This document shows, piece after piece, positions 1 through 8,288 of a stretch of 28,023 bases of DNA. The translations under genes and the position numbers were made by a program. The notes beneath the pieces were generated by a model. That model was not told where the DNA came from, ran no database searches, and was given only the letters and a program-made list of their open reading frames with translations. The stretch's first letter is position 1. The number at the start of each line of letters is the position of its first letter. This DNA is from a virus. Taxonomy: Duplodnaviria > Caudoviricetes. The DNA is taken from positions 1 to 28,023 of the IMG/VR virus record IMGVR_UViG_3300020042_004274; one strand, 5' to 3'.

Positions 1-707
1 CTACGGCTGGTGAAACAATCAACGGTTCGCTTAGACTTCTAGGTGTTCTGGCAGAAGGCGAAACTCCATCGGCTGAAACGTCGCAGGACGCACTGCGCGC
101 CATGAACCAGATGATTGATAGTTGGAACACTGAGCGCCTTGCTGTGTACGCTACGCAAGACCAAGTTTTCACATGGCCTTCCGGTGTAATTAACCGCACG
201 CTTGGGCCAACCGGCAACTTTGTTGGCAACCGTCCTATCTTGTTGGATGACGCTACGTATTTTGTTGAAACCGGCACTGGGGTTAGCTACGGCGTTCAGA
301 TAATTAACCAAGCGCAATATGACGGCATCGCGGTTAAAAGTTCAACATCTACGTTTCCTGAAGTTATTTATGTCAACATGACATATCCTGACATTGATAT
401 GTTTATTTACCCGCGCCCAACAATGAATCTAGAATGGCATTTCATTTCGGTTGAAGAACTGACACAGCCAGCAACGCTTGACACAGTCCTTTCATTCCCG
501 CCCGGCTATCTGCGTGCGTTCCGCTATAACCTAGCGTGCGAACTAGCACCTGAGTTTGGCGAAGAGCCGTCGCCACAAGTTCAGCGCATTGCTATGTATT
601 CCAAGCGCAACCTGAAGCGCATCAACAATCCTGATGACATCATGTCGATGCCGTACAGCCTTATTGCATCGCGCCAGCGGTATAACATTTTTGCAGGAAA
701 CTACTAA
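1..707 (+). CDS. Head-to-tail adaptor, P22 gp4-like packaged-DNA stabilization protein (5' truncated)
   Basis: The frame is open from position 3 (TAGETINGSLRLLGVLAEGETPSAETSQDALRAMNQMIDSW), so the start lies upstream of the window and not at 102. The N-terminal 'LRLLGVLA.GE.P...D.L..LN.M.DSW' and C-terminal 'PPGY..A..YNLA.ELAPEFG' are typical of gp4-like adaptors. It lies directly before a gp10-like gene. Confidence 0.8.
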   Translation, partial: TAGETINGSLRLLGVLAEGETPSAETSQDALRAMNQMIDSWNTERLAVYATQDQVFTWPSGVINRTLGPTGNFVGNRPILLDDATYFVETGTGVSYGVQIINQAQYDGIAVKSSTSTFPEVIYVNMTYPDIDMFIYPRPTMNLEWHFISVEELTQPATLDTVLSFPPGYLRAFRYNLACELAPEFGEEPSPQVQRIAMYSKRNLKRINNPDDIMSMPYSLIASRQRYNIFAGNY

Positions 708-2239
708 TGAAGACGCCCATACTGGGCAGCGCGTATGTGGCCCGTTCAGTAAACGCTGCCAACGCACGCATGGTAAACTTGTTTCCCGAAGTGGTGCCAG
801 AAGGCGGCATAGAGCCGGCGTTTATCCAACGTTGCCCCGGCTTGCAGCTTCAGCAGGTTGTTGGCGAAGGCCCGATCCGCGGGTTGTGGGCGCACCAGAC
901 GCAAGGCACTGATTTCTACGTTGTATCAGGGTTTGAAGTCTACAAACTGTCCAGCCTTACTGGAACACCTGTCAAGCTGGGCGACGTAACTGGCACTGGC
1001 CCTGTATCTATTGCTGACAACGGTTTGCAGATTTTCTTTGCCTGCAATCCTGACGCATACATTTACACTGAGTCAACCAACACGTTTTCGCAGATTACCG
1101 ACCCTGACTTTCCCGGTGCGGCTACTGTCGCATACTTGGATGGTTATTTTGTGTTTAACGAACCAGACAGTCAGCGGATTTGGGTAACGCAAATTTACGA
1201 CGGTTTTGAGGTTGACCCGCTAGAGTTTGCCAGCGCCGAAGGTAGCCCTGACGGCGTCGTTGGCCTGTTGGTAGATCACCGCGAATGTTGGGTGTTTGGC
1301 ACCGACTCGACCGAAGTGTGGTACAACTCTGGCGGTATAGATTTCCCGCTGTCACCAATTCAAGGCGCGTTCAACGAAATCGGTTGCGCTGCGCCATACT
1401 CCATCGCCAAGATGGACAACACTGTGTTCTGGCTGGGCGCTGACGCGCGCGGCCAAGGCGTCATTTACAGGGCTGCGGGCTATAGCGCGCAGCGTATTTC
1501 TACGCACGCAATTGAATGGCAAATCCAAAACTATCTAGATATGAGCGACGCTGTAGGTTACACCTACCAGCAGGACGGCCATGCGTTCTACGTCCTGTCG
1601 TTCCCGTCCGCGGATGAAACTTGGGTGTACGACGCTGCCACCGGCGCATGGCATCAGCGGTCATCTTACTCTGCCATTGCACCGGGCGAAGGCGCGTTTG
1701 AAGCCGAATCATTTTATTCAAGTGCGTTCTACGTTGTACAACCACTTACGCCTTCTGGCGTCAGCGGTGCGTTCTCACGCCATCGCAGCAACTGCCAGTG
1801 CAACTTCCAAGGTAACATCATTGTCGGTGACTACGCCAACGGCAACATCTACACGTTTGAGTTAAATGTTTTTGAAGACAATGGAATAGCGCAGCGTTGG
1901 CTGCGGTCATGGCGCGCGCTGCCGACAGGCCAGAACAATCTCACGCGTACAGCAAACCATAGCTTGCAGCTTCAGTGCGAAACAGGCGTTGGCATAAACG
2001 ACGGCCAAGGCGACGATCCGCAAGCTATGCTCCGCTGGTCCGACGATGGCGGCCATACATGGTCCAACGAACACTGGGCAGCTATGGGCAAGATAGGCGC
2101 AACTGGCACCCGTGTTATTTGGCGCCGGCTTGGCATGACGCTGAAGCTGCGCGACCGCGTCTACGAAGTGTCTGGCAGTGACCCTGTCCGCATCTACTTG
2201 ACCGGCGCTGAATTGCAATTGAGCGGCACAAATGCCTAA
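707..2239 (+). CDS. Tail nozzle, P22 gp10-like DNA stabilization protein
   Basis: 510 aa with gp10-like motifs (NLFPE, YLDGYFVF, FASAEGSPD, STEVW, RISTHAIE, YQQDGHAFYVL, LRWSDDGGHTW, WRRLG). TAATG coupling to the adaptor. Confidence 0.9.
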   Translation: MKTPILGSAYVARSVNAANARMVNLFPEVVPEGGIEPAFIQRCPGLQLQQVVGEGPIRGLWAHQTQGTDFYVVSGFEVYKLSSLTGTPVKLGDVTGTGPVSIADNGLQIFFACNPDAYIYTESTNTFSQITDPDFPGAATVAYLDGYFVFNEPDSQRIWVTQIYDGFEVDPLEFASAEGSPDGVVGLLVDHRECWVFGTDSTEVWYNSGGIDFPLSPIQGAFNEIGCAAPYSIAKMDNTVFWLGADARGQGVIYRAAGYSAQRISTHAIEWQIQNYLDMSDAVGYTYQQDGHAFYVLSFPSADETWVYDAATGAWHQRSSYSAIAPGEGAFEAESFYSSAFYVVQPLTPSGVSGAFSRHRSNCQCNFQGNIIVGDYANGNIYTFELNVFEDNGIAQRWLRSWRALPTGQNNLTRTANHSLQLQCETGVGINDGQGDDPQAMLRWSDDGGHTWSNEHWAAMGKIGATGTRVIWRRLGMTLKLRDRVYEVSGSDPVRIYLTGAELQLSGTNA

Positions 2240-2879
2240 CACTCAACTCACTCGTATCCCCGCGTCGCGTGTGCCGGTTATTAACGCAGCAACCGGCATA
2301 ATGACGCGTGAGTGGTACAGGTATTTATTCAACCTCTTTACACTAGCGGGTGGCGGACAAGCTAACTCGGCGGCAAGTTCGTCTATGGGGCAAGACTTGG
2401 CCCCGCTGTACACGCCGCAACTTGAAGATAACCGCCACGGCGTGTTCTTTGACACAACCACACAAACAGCCGCTGCCATCAATACAGCGTATCCAATAAC
2501 GCTTAACACCACAAGCATAACTGATGGCGTCTACATCGGCGCAACTACATCGCAAGTGTTTGTGGACCGCATACGCACTTACAACTTTCAGTTTTCCGCG
2601 CAACTTATCAAAGCCAGCGTTGGCACAGGAAATGTTTTTATTTGGTACAGAGTAAATGGTGTTGACGCGGCAAACTCTGCAAGAAAAGTAACTTTAGCCG
2701 GAAGTAGCGCGGTAGTTGTCGCCGCAGGCAATTATGTGGTAAAGCTAAACGCCGGTGATTATTTTCAATTGGTTTTTTCTACTGATGATACAGGTTGCCA
2801 AATTGTTGCAGTGGCTGCTGCCGCCCCTGCCCCCGCAATTCCGTCCGTTATCCTGACGGCCACTAGTAACTTTAATTGA
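2232..2879 (+). CDS. Virion tail protein (needle/short-fibre position) with C-terminal C1q/TNF-like beta-sandwich
   Basis: Follows the nozzle. N-terminal 'P.SRVP.....G.MTREWYR.L'. The C-terminal pattern 'GVFFDTTTQTAAAINTAYPIT...YNFQFSAQL...LNAGDYFQL' resembles C1q-like trimeric heads. Confidence 0.55.
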   Translation: MPNTQLTRIPASRVPVINAATGIMTREWYRYLFNLFTLAGGGQANSAASSSMGQDLAPLYTPQLEDNRHGVFFDTTTQTAAAINTAYPITLNTTSITDGVYIGATTSQVFVDRIRTYNFQFSAQLIKASVGTGNVFIWYRVNGVDAANSARKVTLAGSSAVVVAAGNYVVKLNAGDYFQLVFSTDDTGCQIVAVAAAAPAPAIPSVILTATSNFN

Positions 2880-2888
2880 GGCCTAGCT

Positions 2889-3677
2889 ATGACTGTTCTT
2901 GCTCAACAACCTAAAGCACAATTCTTCGATGCTAACGGTAGCCCGTTGGTCGGCGGCAAGGTCTATACCTATGCAGCCGGTACGACAACGCCGTTGGACA
3001 CGTACACTGATGCGTCGGGGATTACACCCAACACCAACCCAGTTATTCTGGACTCCCGCGGCGAATGTAACCTGTGGTTCTCTACAGCTACTAGCTACAA
3101 GGTAATCTTGGAAAGCGCGACTAACGTGCTGCAATGGTCCGTTGATAACATTGCGACCTACGGCTCCATTACCAGCCAGAACTCCAACAACGTGGCTATT
3201 ACCGGTGGCACAATCACCGGCGTTACGTTTACAGGTAACATCACCGGCAACGCATCCGGCAACGCGGGCACTGTGACAAACGGCGTCTATCTGACAGCCA
3301 CGCAGACGCTGACAAACAAGACCATCACAGGTCTGGCTTCGGCGTCAACGGTTAATGACAGCCTTGGTACGGAATACACCATCGGCTACCGCAGCGTCCC
3401 GCAAAGCCTGAACACAACCGCTGCGGCGTCAGACATCGGAAAGCATCTGTTTGTTTCCGTGACTACCACAGTTCCGTCAGGCGTGTTTGTATCGGGTAAC
3501 GAGTTTCTTGTGGTCAACAGCAGCGCCGTTGCTGTAACACTCACACAGGGCACTGGAACGACGCTACGGCTCGGCGGCACTGCAACCACAGGCAACCGTA
3601 CCATTGCCGCCTACGGCGTTGCTAACGTGCTGTGTACCGGCGCTGAAACTTTCTACGTCACTGGCAACGTAACCTAA
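2889..3677 (+). CDS. Short tail fibre/spike with N-terminal virion-anchoring domain
   Basis: The N-terminus 'QFFDANGSPLVGGKVYTYAAGTTTP..TYTD....NTNPVILDSRGE' is a common podovirus fibre attachment domain. Fibre motifs 'NNVAITGGTITG' and 'TQTLTNKTI' are present. Confidence 0.75.
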   Translation: MTVLAQQPKAQFFDANGSPLVGGKVYTYAAGTTTPLDTYTDASGITPNTNPVILDSRGECNLWFSTATSYKVILESATNVLQWSVDNIATYGSITSQNSNNVAITGGTITGVTFTGNITGNASGNAGTVTNGVYLTATQTLTNKTITGLASASTVNDSLGTEYTIGYRSVPQSLNTTAAASDIGKHLFVSVTTTVPSGVFVSGNEFLVVNSSAVAVTLTQGTGTTLRLGGTATTGNRTIAAYGVANVLCTGAETFYVTGNVT

Positions 3678-3689
3678 TAGGATCGGCTC

Positions 3690-4028
3690 ATGGCAATTAT
3701 CGCAACAAATATCATCCCTGCTAAGAACATGGAAAACACGCAGACTACGCAGTATGTGTCGCCAAGCAGCACCACAACTATCATTGACAAGTTCACAGCT
3801 ACCAACTTTAGTAGTGGCATGGTCAACGTAAGCGTCAACTTGACAGCGGCTGGCGCCGCGGCTGGCAACAGCAACTTGATCGTCAAGACGCGGACACTGC
3901 AAGCCGGCGAGACTTACACCTTTCCTGAAATCGTAGGTCACATCCTGCCGTCCGGCGGGTTTGTCTCTACGCTTGCGTCAGCGGCAGCGGCAGTCAACTT
4001 GCGTGCGTCTGGACGCGAGATTAGTTAA
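3690..4028 (+). CDS. Small beta-rich virion protein (fibre-associated)
   Basis: 112 aa with upstream AGGA. Beta-strand pattern is similar to that of 15248-15562. Lies after a fibre gene. Confidence 0.5.
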   Translation: MAIIATNIIPAKNMENTQTTQYVSPSSTTTIIDKFTATNFSSGMVNVSVNLTAAGAAAGNSNLIVKTRTLQAGETYTFPEIVGHILPSGGFVSTLASAAAAVNLRASGREIS

Positions 4029-4570
4029 TGCAAAATTTCCTACGCATTGCTGACGGGCTAAATACATCTTCTGTCTTACGGGAGTTAGTCACGCAGCCAG
4101 AGTTATGGAACCAGAATACACTTCGCACCAGCCATCCTGACACCGCTCATGCAGACGTTAGCGACATTTGGCTGTGGTTTAACGCAATCCCTGACACGCC
4201 TGACGGTGTTATTAACGACATCCAGACGGTCGAGTATCCTGCGTGGGCGCGCCTGCCGTCGCTGCGCCGCATGGTGTTGGACCTGATCCACCGCGTCAAC
4301 GGCGTCCAGCTTGGCCGCTGCATCATTACCAAACTGCCGTCCGGCGGTGAGATTACGCCGCACGTTGACGGCGGCGCTCCAGCAGAGTTTTACATCCGCT
4401 ACCAGATTGCACTTCAGTCCCTGCCCGGCGCGCTATTTCACAGCGGCGACGAAACGGTTAACTTCCGCGGCGGCGAAATATGGTGGATCAATAATCGCGT
4501 AACACATTCTGTTGTAAATAACAGCGCAGATGATAGGATAGTCTGCATTGTAGACATCAGGAGCGCATAA
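4028..4570 (+). CDS. Aspartyl/asparaginyl beta-hydroxylase-family 2OG-Fe(II) dioxygenase
   Basis: HxD motif (ITPHVD), distal His (WWINNRVTHSVVN) and 2OG-binding Arg (DDRIVCIVD). TAATG coupling at both ends. Confidence 0.85.
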   Translation: MQNFLRIADGLNTSSVLRELVTQPELWNQNTLRTSHPDTAHADVSDIWLWFNAIPDTPDGVINDIQTVEYPAWARLPSLRRMVLDLIHRVNGVQLGRCIITKLPSGGEITPHVDGGAPAEFYIRYQIALQSLPGALFHSGDETVNFRGGEIWWINNRVTHSVVNNSADDRIVCIVDIRSA

Positions 4571-5025
4571 TGATAACGGCACAAGTTGAAGATTGGGCAC
4601 CTTTTATTGAAGAAGCGCAACCGTTGCTACCTTTGCATTGGGAAGAATTGGCGCTCAACAAAGATAAAGTTCCGCTTGATCCGCAGTACGACCTTTACGC
4701 TGTCCGCGATAACGCCGGGCAAGTGCTAGTGGTGACGCTGCGCGAAACTGGCCGTTTAGTGGGATATTTTATTGGTTTTATTGCGCCGGGGCTACACTAC
4801 CAAACGTGCCTGACGCTGACAATGGACATCTTTTGGACGCACCCAGATGTGCGCGGTGGATTTAGTGGTGTAAAACTCTTTCGTTTAGTTGAAAAAGAGG
4901 CTAAAAGGAGAGGCGTGCATCGTATGTTTTACGGTTCTAAATTTCACAAAGACGCTTCACGTCTATTTGAGTTTTTAAAGATGGAACCTGTAGAGACATA
5001 TTACAGCAAATGGATCGGGGAATAA
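4570..5025 (+). CDS. GNAT-family acetyltransferase-like protein
   Basis: GNAT motif A-like 'DIFWTHPDVRGGFSGVKLFRLVEKEAKRRGV' and 'RLFEFLKM'. Lies just before the ejection genes. Confidence 0.75.
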   Translation: MITAQVEDWAPFIEEAQPLLPLHWEELALNKDKVPLDPQYDLYAVRDNAGQVLVVTLRETGRLVGYFIGFIAPGLHYQTCLTLTMDIFWTHPDVRGGFSGVKLFRLVEKEAKRRGVHRMFYGSKFHKDASRLFEFLKMEPVETYYSKWIGE

Positions 5026-5026
5026 C

Positions 5027-6517
5027 ATGGTCGCAGTAGTAGCCGGAGCGGCAGCATTAAGCGCAGGGGTATCCATTGGCGCATCTAAAAAAGCGGCTGC
5101 CGCACAAGTAGCCGCGTCCAATACGGCAGCAGCAGCGCAAGAGCGTGCAGCGGCGCTGGCGTTAGAGGCACAGCGCACCGCGTCGGCTGAAGCCATTGCG
5201 GCGGCAAAAGAAGCAGCGGCAATAGCGCAGCAAGCGCAGAATGAAGCAAACAGCCAAGCGCAAAACTTGGAACGCGTGCGTCTTAATGAAGCGCGCGCTG
5301 CGGACGAGATAGCGTTTAAAGCCGCGCAAGCAGCCTCGGACAAGGGATACGACGCCGCTCAAGAGGCGTATAGGACTTCATACGCCGCCGCAATGGCGGC
5401 TAGTGATGCGGGTTATGACACCGCACTAGCTGACGCCAATAAAGGTTTTGACACCGCCCTAACCGACGCCAACAGGGGTTATGACGAGGCTCAAACCGCC
5501 GCGGAATTGGGATATACTACTGCTCAAGGTGATTACGAAACAGCGTACCGGCGGCAGGGCGAATTTCAAGACCCGTATATAAAAAGCGGCCTTACTGCCC
5601 AAGAGCAGATTATGCAGCTTATGGGTATTGGCGGCGACAAGACCGCTGCCAATTACGGCCAATACGCTAAGGCTTTTGGCGTAGATAATTTTGAAAAAGA
5701 CCCCGGATATGCTTTCCGTCAAGAGGAAGGTTTAAGAGGGTTAGATCGGTCAGCGTCTGCACGCGGGGGCATACTGTCTGGCGGCGCGTTAAAAAACATC
5801 CAGCGGTTCGGTCAAGACTTAGCCAGCCAAGAATACAACAACGCGTTCAACCGCTACCAGACTGAGCGCGCTGCCCGCCTTAACACGCTTGGCGGCATAT
5901 CAGCTTCGGGGCAGGCAGCGTCAAATGTTATGACGAACGCTGCGGGGCAGCTTGGCTCAAACAACGCGGCAAACGCTTTGGCGCGGGCGCAGGCGACATC
6001 TGCAAACTCTATAGGGCGCGGGATTACAACAGGCAATATTGCTGTAAATCGCGGGTTAACAACTGGCAATATAGCTACGCAACGCGGCGCAACAAAGTCA
6101 TCAAATCTATTAAACCTTGGCGAAGCAACCGCCGGAATTGGTTTGGCGCGCGGTAATACAGCATCCACAAATGCTTTAAACTTTGGCGCGTCAACCAAAG
6201 CAAACGATGCAAGATATTACGGCACAGTAAGCGGTCTTACGCTAGACCGAGGCACGAACACCGCAAATAATGCGTTCTACGTTTCAGACGCAGCGCAACG
6301 CGGCGCGCAGAACATAGGCAACGCTGCGTCAGCAAGCGCGTACAATACCGGTAACGCGTTAGCCAACAATGCTATAAGCACAGGTAACGCGCGCGCGTCT
6401 GGTTACGCAGGGACAGCTAACGCGTTTAACAACGCCATTGGCCAGATAACGGGCTATGCTATGCAGGCGCCTTTGAATAACGCTGTACTGGCGTACTACA
6501 GAAACAGAACTGTTTAA
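5027..6517 (+). CDS. DNA ejection/pilot protein (P22 gp7-like)
   Basis: Ala/Gly/Asn/Gln-rich, hydrophobic N-terminus, core 'DPGYAFRQEEG.....RSASARGG.LSG.ALK...FGQDLASQEY' and C-terminal 'GNARASGY'. Confidence 0.75.
   Translation: MVAVVAGAAALSAGVSIGASKKAAAAQVAASNTAAAAQERAAALALEAQRTASAEAIAAAKEAAAIAQQAQNEANSQAQNLERVRLNEARAADEIAFKAAQAASDKGYDAAQEAYRTSYAAAMAASDAGYDTALADANKGFDTALTDANRGYDEAQTAAELGYTTAQGDYETAYRRQGEFQDPYIKSGLTAQEQIMQLMGIGGDKTAANYGQYAKAFGVDNFEKDPGYAFRQEEGLRGLDRSASARGGILSGGALKNIQRFGQDLASQEYNNAFNRYQTERAARLNTLGGISASGQAASNVMTNAAGQLGSNNAANALARAQATSANSIGRGITTGNIAVNRGLTTGNIATQRGATKSSNLLNLGEATAGIGLARGNTASTNALNFGASTKANDARYYGTVSGLTLDRGTNTANNAFYVSDAAQRGAQNIGNAASASAYNTGNALANNAISTGNARASGYAGTANAFNNAIGQITGYAMQAPLNNAVLAYYRNRTV
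5330..5550 (+). repeat. 11-aa (33-nt) periodic coding repeat, D.GYD.A-type
   Basis: ASDAGYDTALA / DANKGFDTALT / DANRGYDEAQT / AAELGYTTAQG. A 33-nt DNA period is visible around 5411-5485. Confidence 0.75.
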
Positions 6518-6537
6518 TCGCCAAAAGGTTTATTGAT

Positions 6538-8286
6538 ATGCCAAACCAAATAATGCCTAAGATAAACTTGCTCCAGATGCCTGACCCAGCAGCGCGGACA
6601 ACAAAATACGCCAACATGATGAACATGGCGTCACAACAGCGCGCGGCACAGCTTCAGAGTCAGCGCACGGAGCAGGGAATCAAATTCGACGCAAACGCCG
6701 AAACGCGCGAGGCGAATAAGTTTGACGCGGAACAACCTGTAAGAGTAGCGGGCGCATTAGGCGGCGGCTTGATAAATATATTACGCACACCCACCGATGC
6801 AAGCATAATGCAGGCCGGCCAAACTTTTGCCGCAGTTGGCATGGAGCCTGATAAATACGAACCCATACTAAAACAAATAATGAGTATACCTGATCCAAAC
6901 GAACGTAAACTGTTTGTAACGCAGTTCGTAGCGCAATCAGAAGCTGCCCGCGCCGCGCTTAGCTTTGTCATGCCTAAAACAAAAGAAATAAAGGTTGGTG
7001 ATGATACGGTAGTTGTAGATGACAACGCTAACTCAGAAACTTTTGGGCAAGAACTGTTCAGAATTAACGTAACGCCAGAGCCGGTTAGCTTGAACCAACA
7101 AGTCGTTGGGGAAAAGCTATTTAACGTAAACCCCAGAACTGGCGTCGCCGCCGAAGCACTTGTCGGTGATCCTAATCAAGGTCTTACTCCCCGCGCACGC
7201 CCAGCTAATCTTATAAGTTCTGGCGCTACGTCGCGATACGCAGTCGGCGGCGGCGCCGGGCAGCCCCGAATGGAGCAACCTGTTACACCTACTCCGCCAG
7301 CAGCCGTTGGTGGCCCATCTCGTAACCTTGGCACGCCCGGTACGGGCGGCGATACATTTAGCAGAATGATACGTCAGGAATCTCGCGGTAATCAGTTTAA
7401 CCGCAGCGGAAAGCCGCTTACATCGTCAGCGGGCGCTATTGGTATTGCTCAGGTTATGCCAAAGACGGCGCCGGAAGCTGCTAAGTTGGCTGGCCTACCA
7501 TTCGATGACAACCGTTACCGCAACGACCGTGAATACAATCTTGCGCTTGGCAAAGCCTACTACGAAAAGCAGTTGGCCGACTTTGGTGACGAGCGTCTGG
7601 CTGCTGCTGCGTACAACGCTGGCCCCGGCGCCGTGCGTAGCGCACTGAAAAAAGGCGGCCCTAATGGCTGGGTTAATCATGTCCCGAAAGAAACGCGTGA
7701 CTATCTTAAAAATGTGTTTGGTGGTGCAGGTACGCCTACAGGTGGTGCAGGCACGCCTACAGGTGCAGGTACGCCGACAGGTACAGGTACAGGCACGCCA
7801 TTAACTGTCAGTGAATCGGTTAAACTGCCGGGCAAAAAGCGCGTTTCAAACATCGTGGCTGATATGATTAAGGAATATGATATACTTAACGACGCTAAAG
7901 CTATCCCGTCTTCTCAGCGCGGCGCGATGGAAAATATTTTTGATTATGTTAGCGTCAGCGGTTTCGGTCAAGAAATACAAAAAGCGTTTGGTACTAAAGC
8001 CAACGACTCACTATCAAACATTACAAATGCACGTAAGTTGTTGACATCCGCAATAGCTGCCGCGACAGGTATGACATCAAAACAAATGGACTCTAACAGA
8101 GAACTTCAACTTACACTGGATTCTTTGTCAGACCCCACCCAAGGGTATAAATCCGTTATAGATACGTTAATGCGTTTAGACCGCGAATATGGTTTGGGTA
8201 ACGCACGCCCACGGACGCCCACCCCCGCGGCTGGCGGATCAAAAGGTAAAGGTAAACCGCCTCTCAAATCTTTCCGTAGGAAGTAA
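6538..8286 (+). CDS. Ejection protein with soluble lytic transglycosylase (SLT) domain
   Basis: SLT motifs at about 7366-7720: catalytic 'QES', 'GAIGIAQVMP', 'AAYNAGPG' and 'ETRDY'. Flanked by Pro/Gly/Thr linkers. Confidence 0.85.
   Translation: MPNQIMPKINLLQMPDPAARTTKYANMMNMASQQRAAQLQSQRTEQGIKFDANAETREANKFDAEQPVRVAGALGGGLINILRTPTDASIMQAGQTFAAVGMEPDKYEPILKQIMSIPDPNERKLFVTQFVAQSEAARAALSFVMPKTKEIKVGDDTVVVDDNANSETFGQELFRINVTPEPVSLNQQVVGEKLFNVNPRTGVAAEALVGDPNQGLTPRARPANLISSGATSRYAVGGGAGQPRMEQPVTPTPPAAVGGPSRNLGTPGTGGDTFSRMIRQESRGNQFNRSGKPLTSSAGAIGIAQVMPKTAPEAAKLAGLPFDDNRYRNDREYNLALGKAYYEKQLADFGDERLAAAAYNAGPGAVRSALKKGGPNGWVNHVPKETRDYLKNVFGGAGTPTGGAGTPTGAGTPTGTGTGTPLTVSESVKLPGKKRVSNIVADMIKEYDILNDAKAIPSSQRGAMENIFDYVSVSGFGQEIQKAFGTKANDSLSNITNARKLLTSAIAAATGMTSKQMDSNRELQLTLDSLSDPTQGYKSVIDTLMRLDREYGLGNARPRTPTPAAGGSKGKGKPPLKSFRRK
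7720..7800 (+). repeat. Degenerate tandem repeat encoding a (G)GAGTPT linker
   Basis: ggtggtgcaggtacgcctaca ggtggtgcaggcacgcctaca ggtgcaggtacgccgaca ggtacaggtacaggcacgcca. Confidence 0.9.
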
Positions 8287-8288
8287 GC

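Noticed and set aside
102-707. ATG at 102 as the start of the adaptor gene
   Set aside because: The frame is open and adaptor-like back to position 3, so the true start is outside the window.
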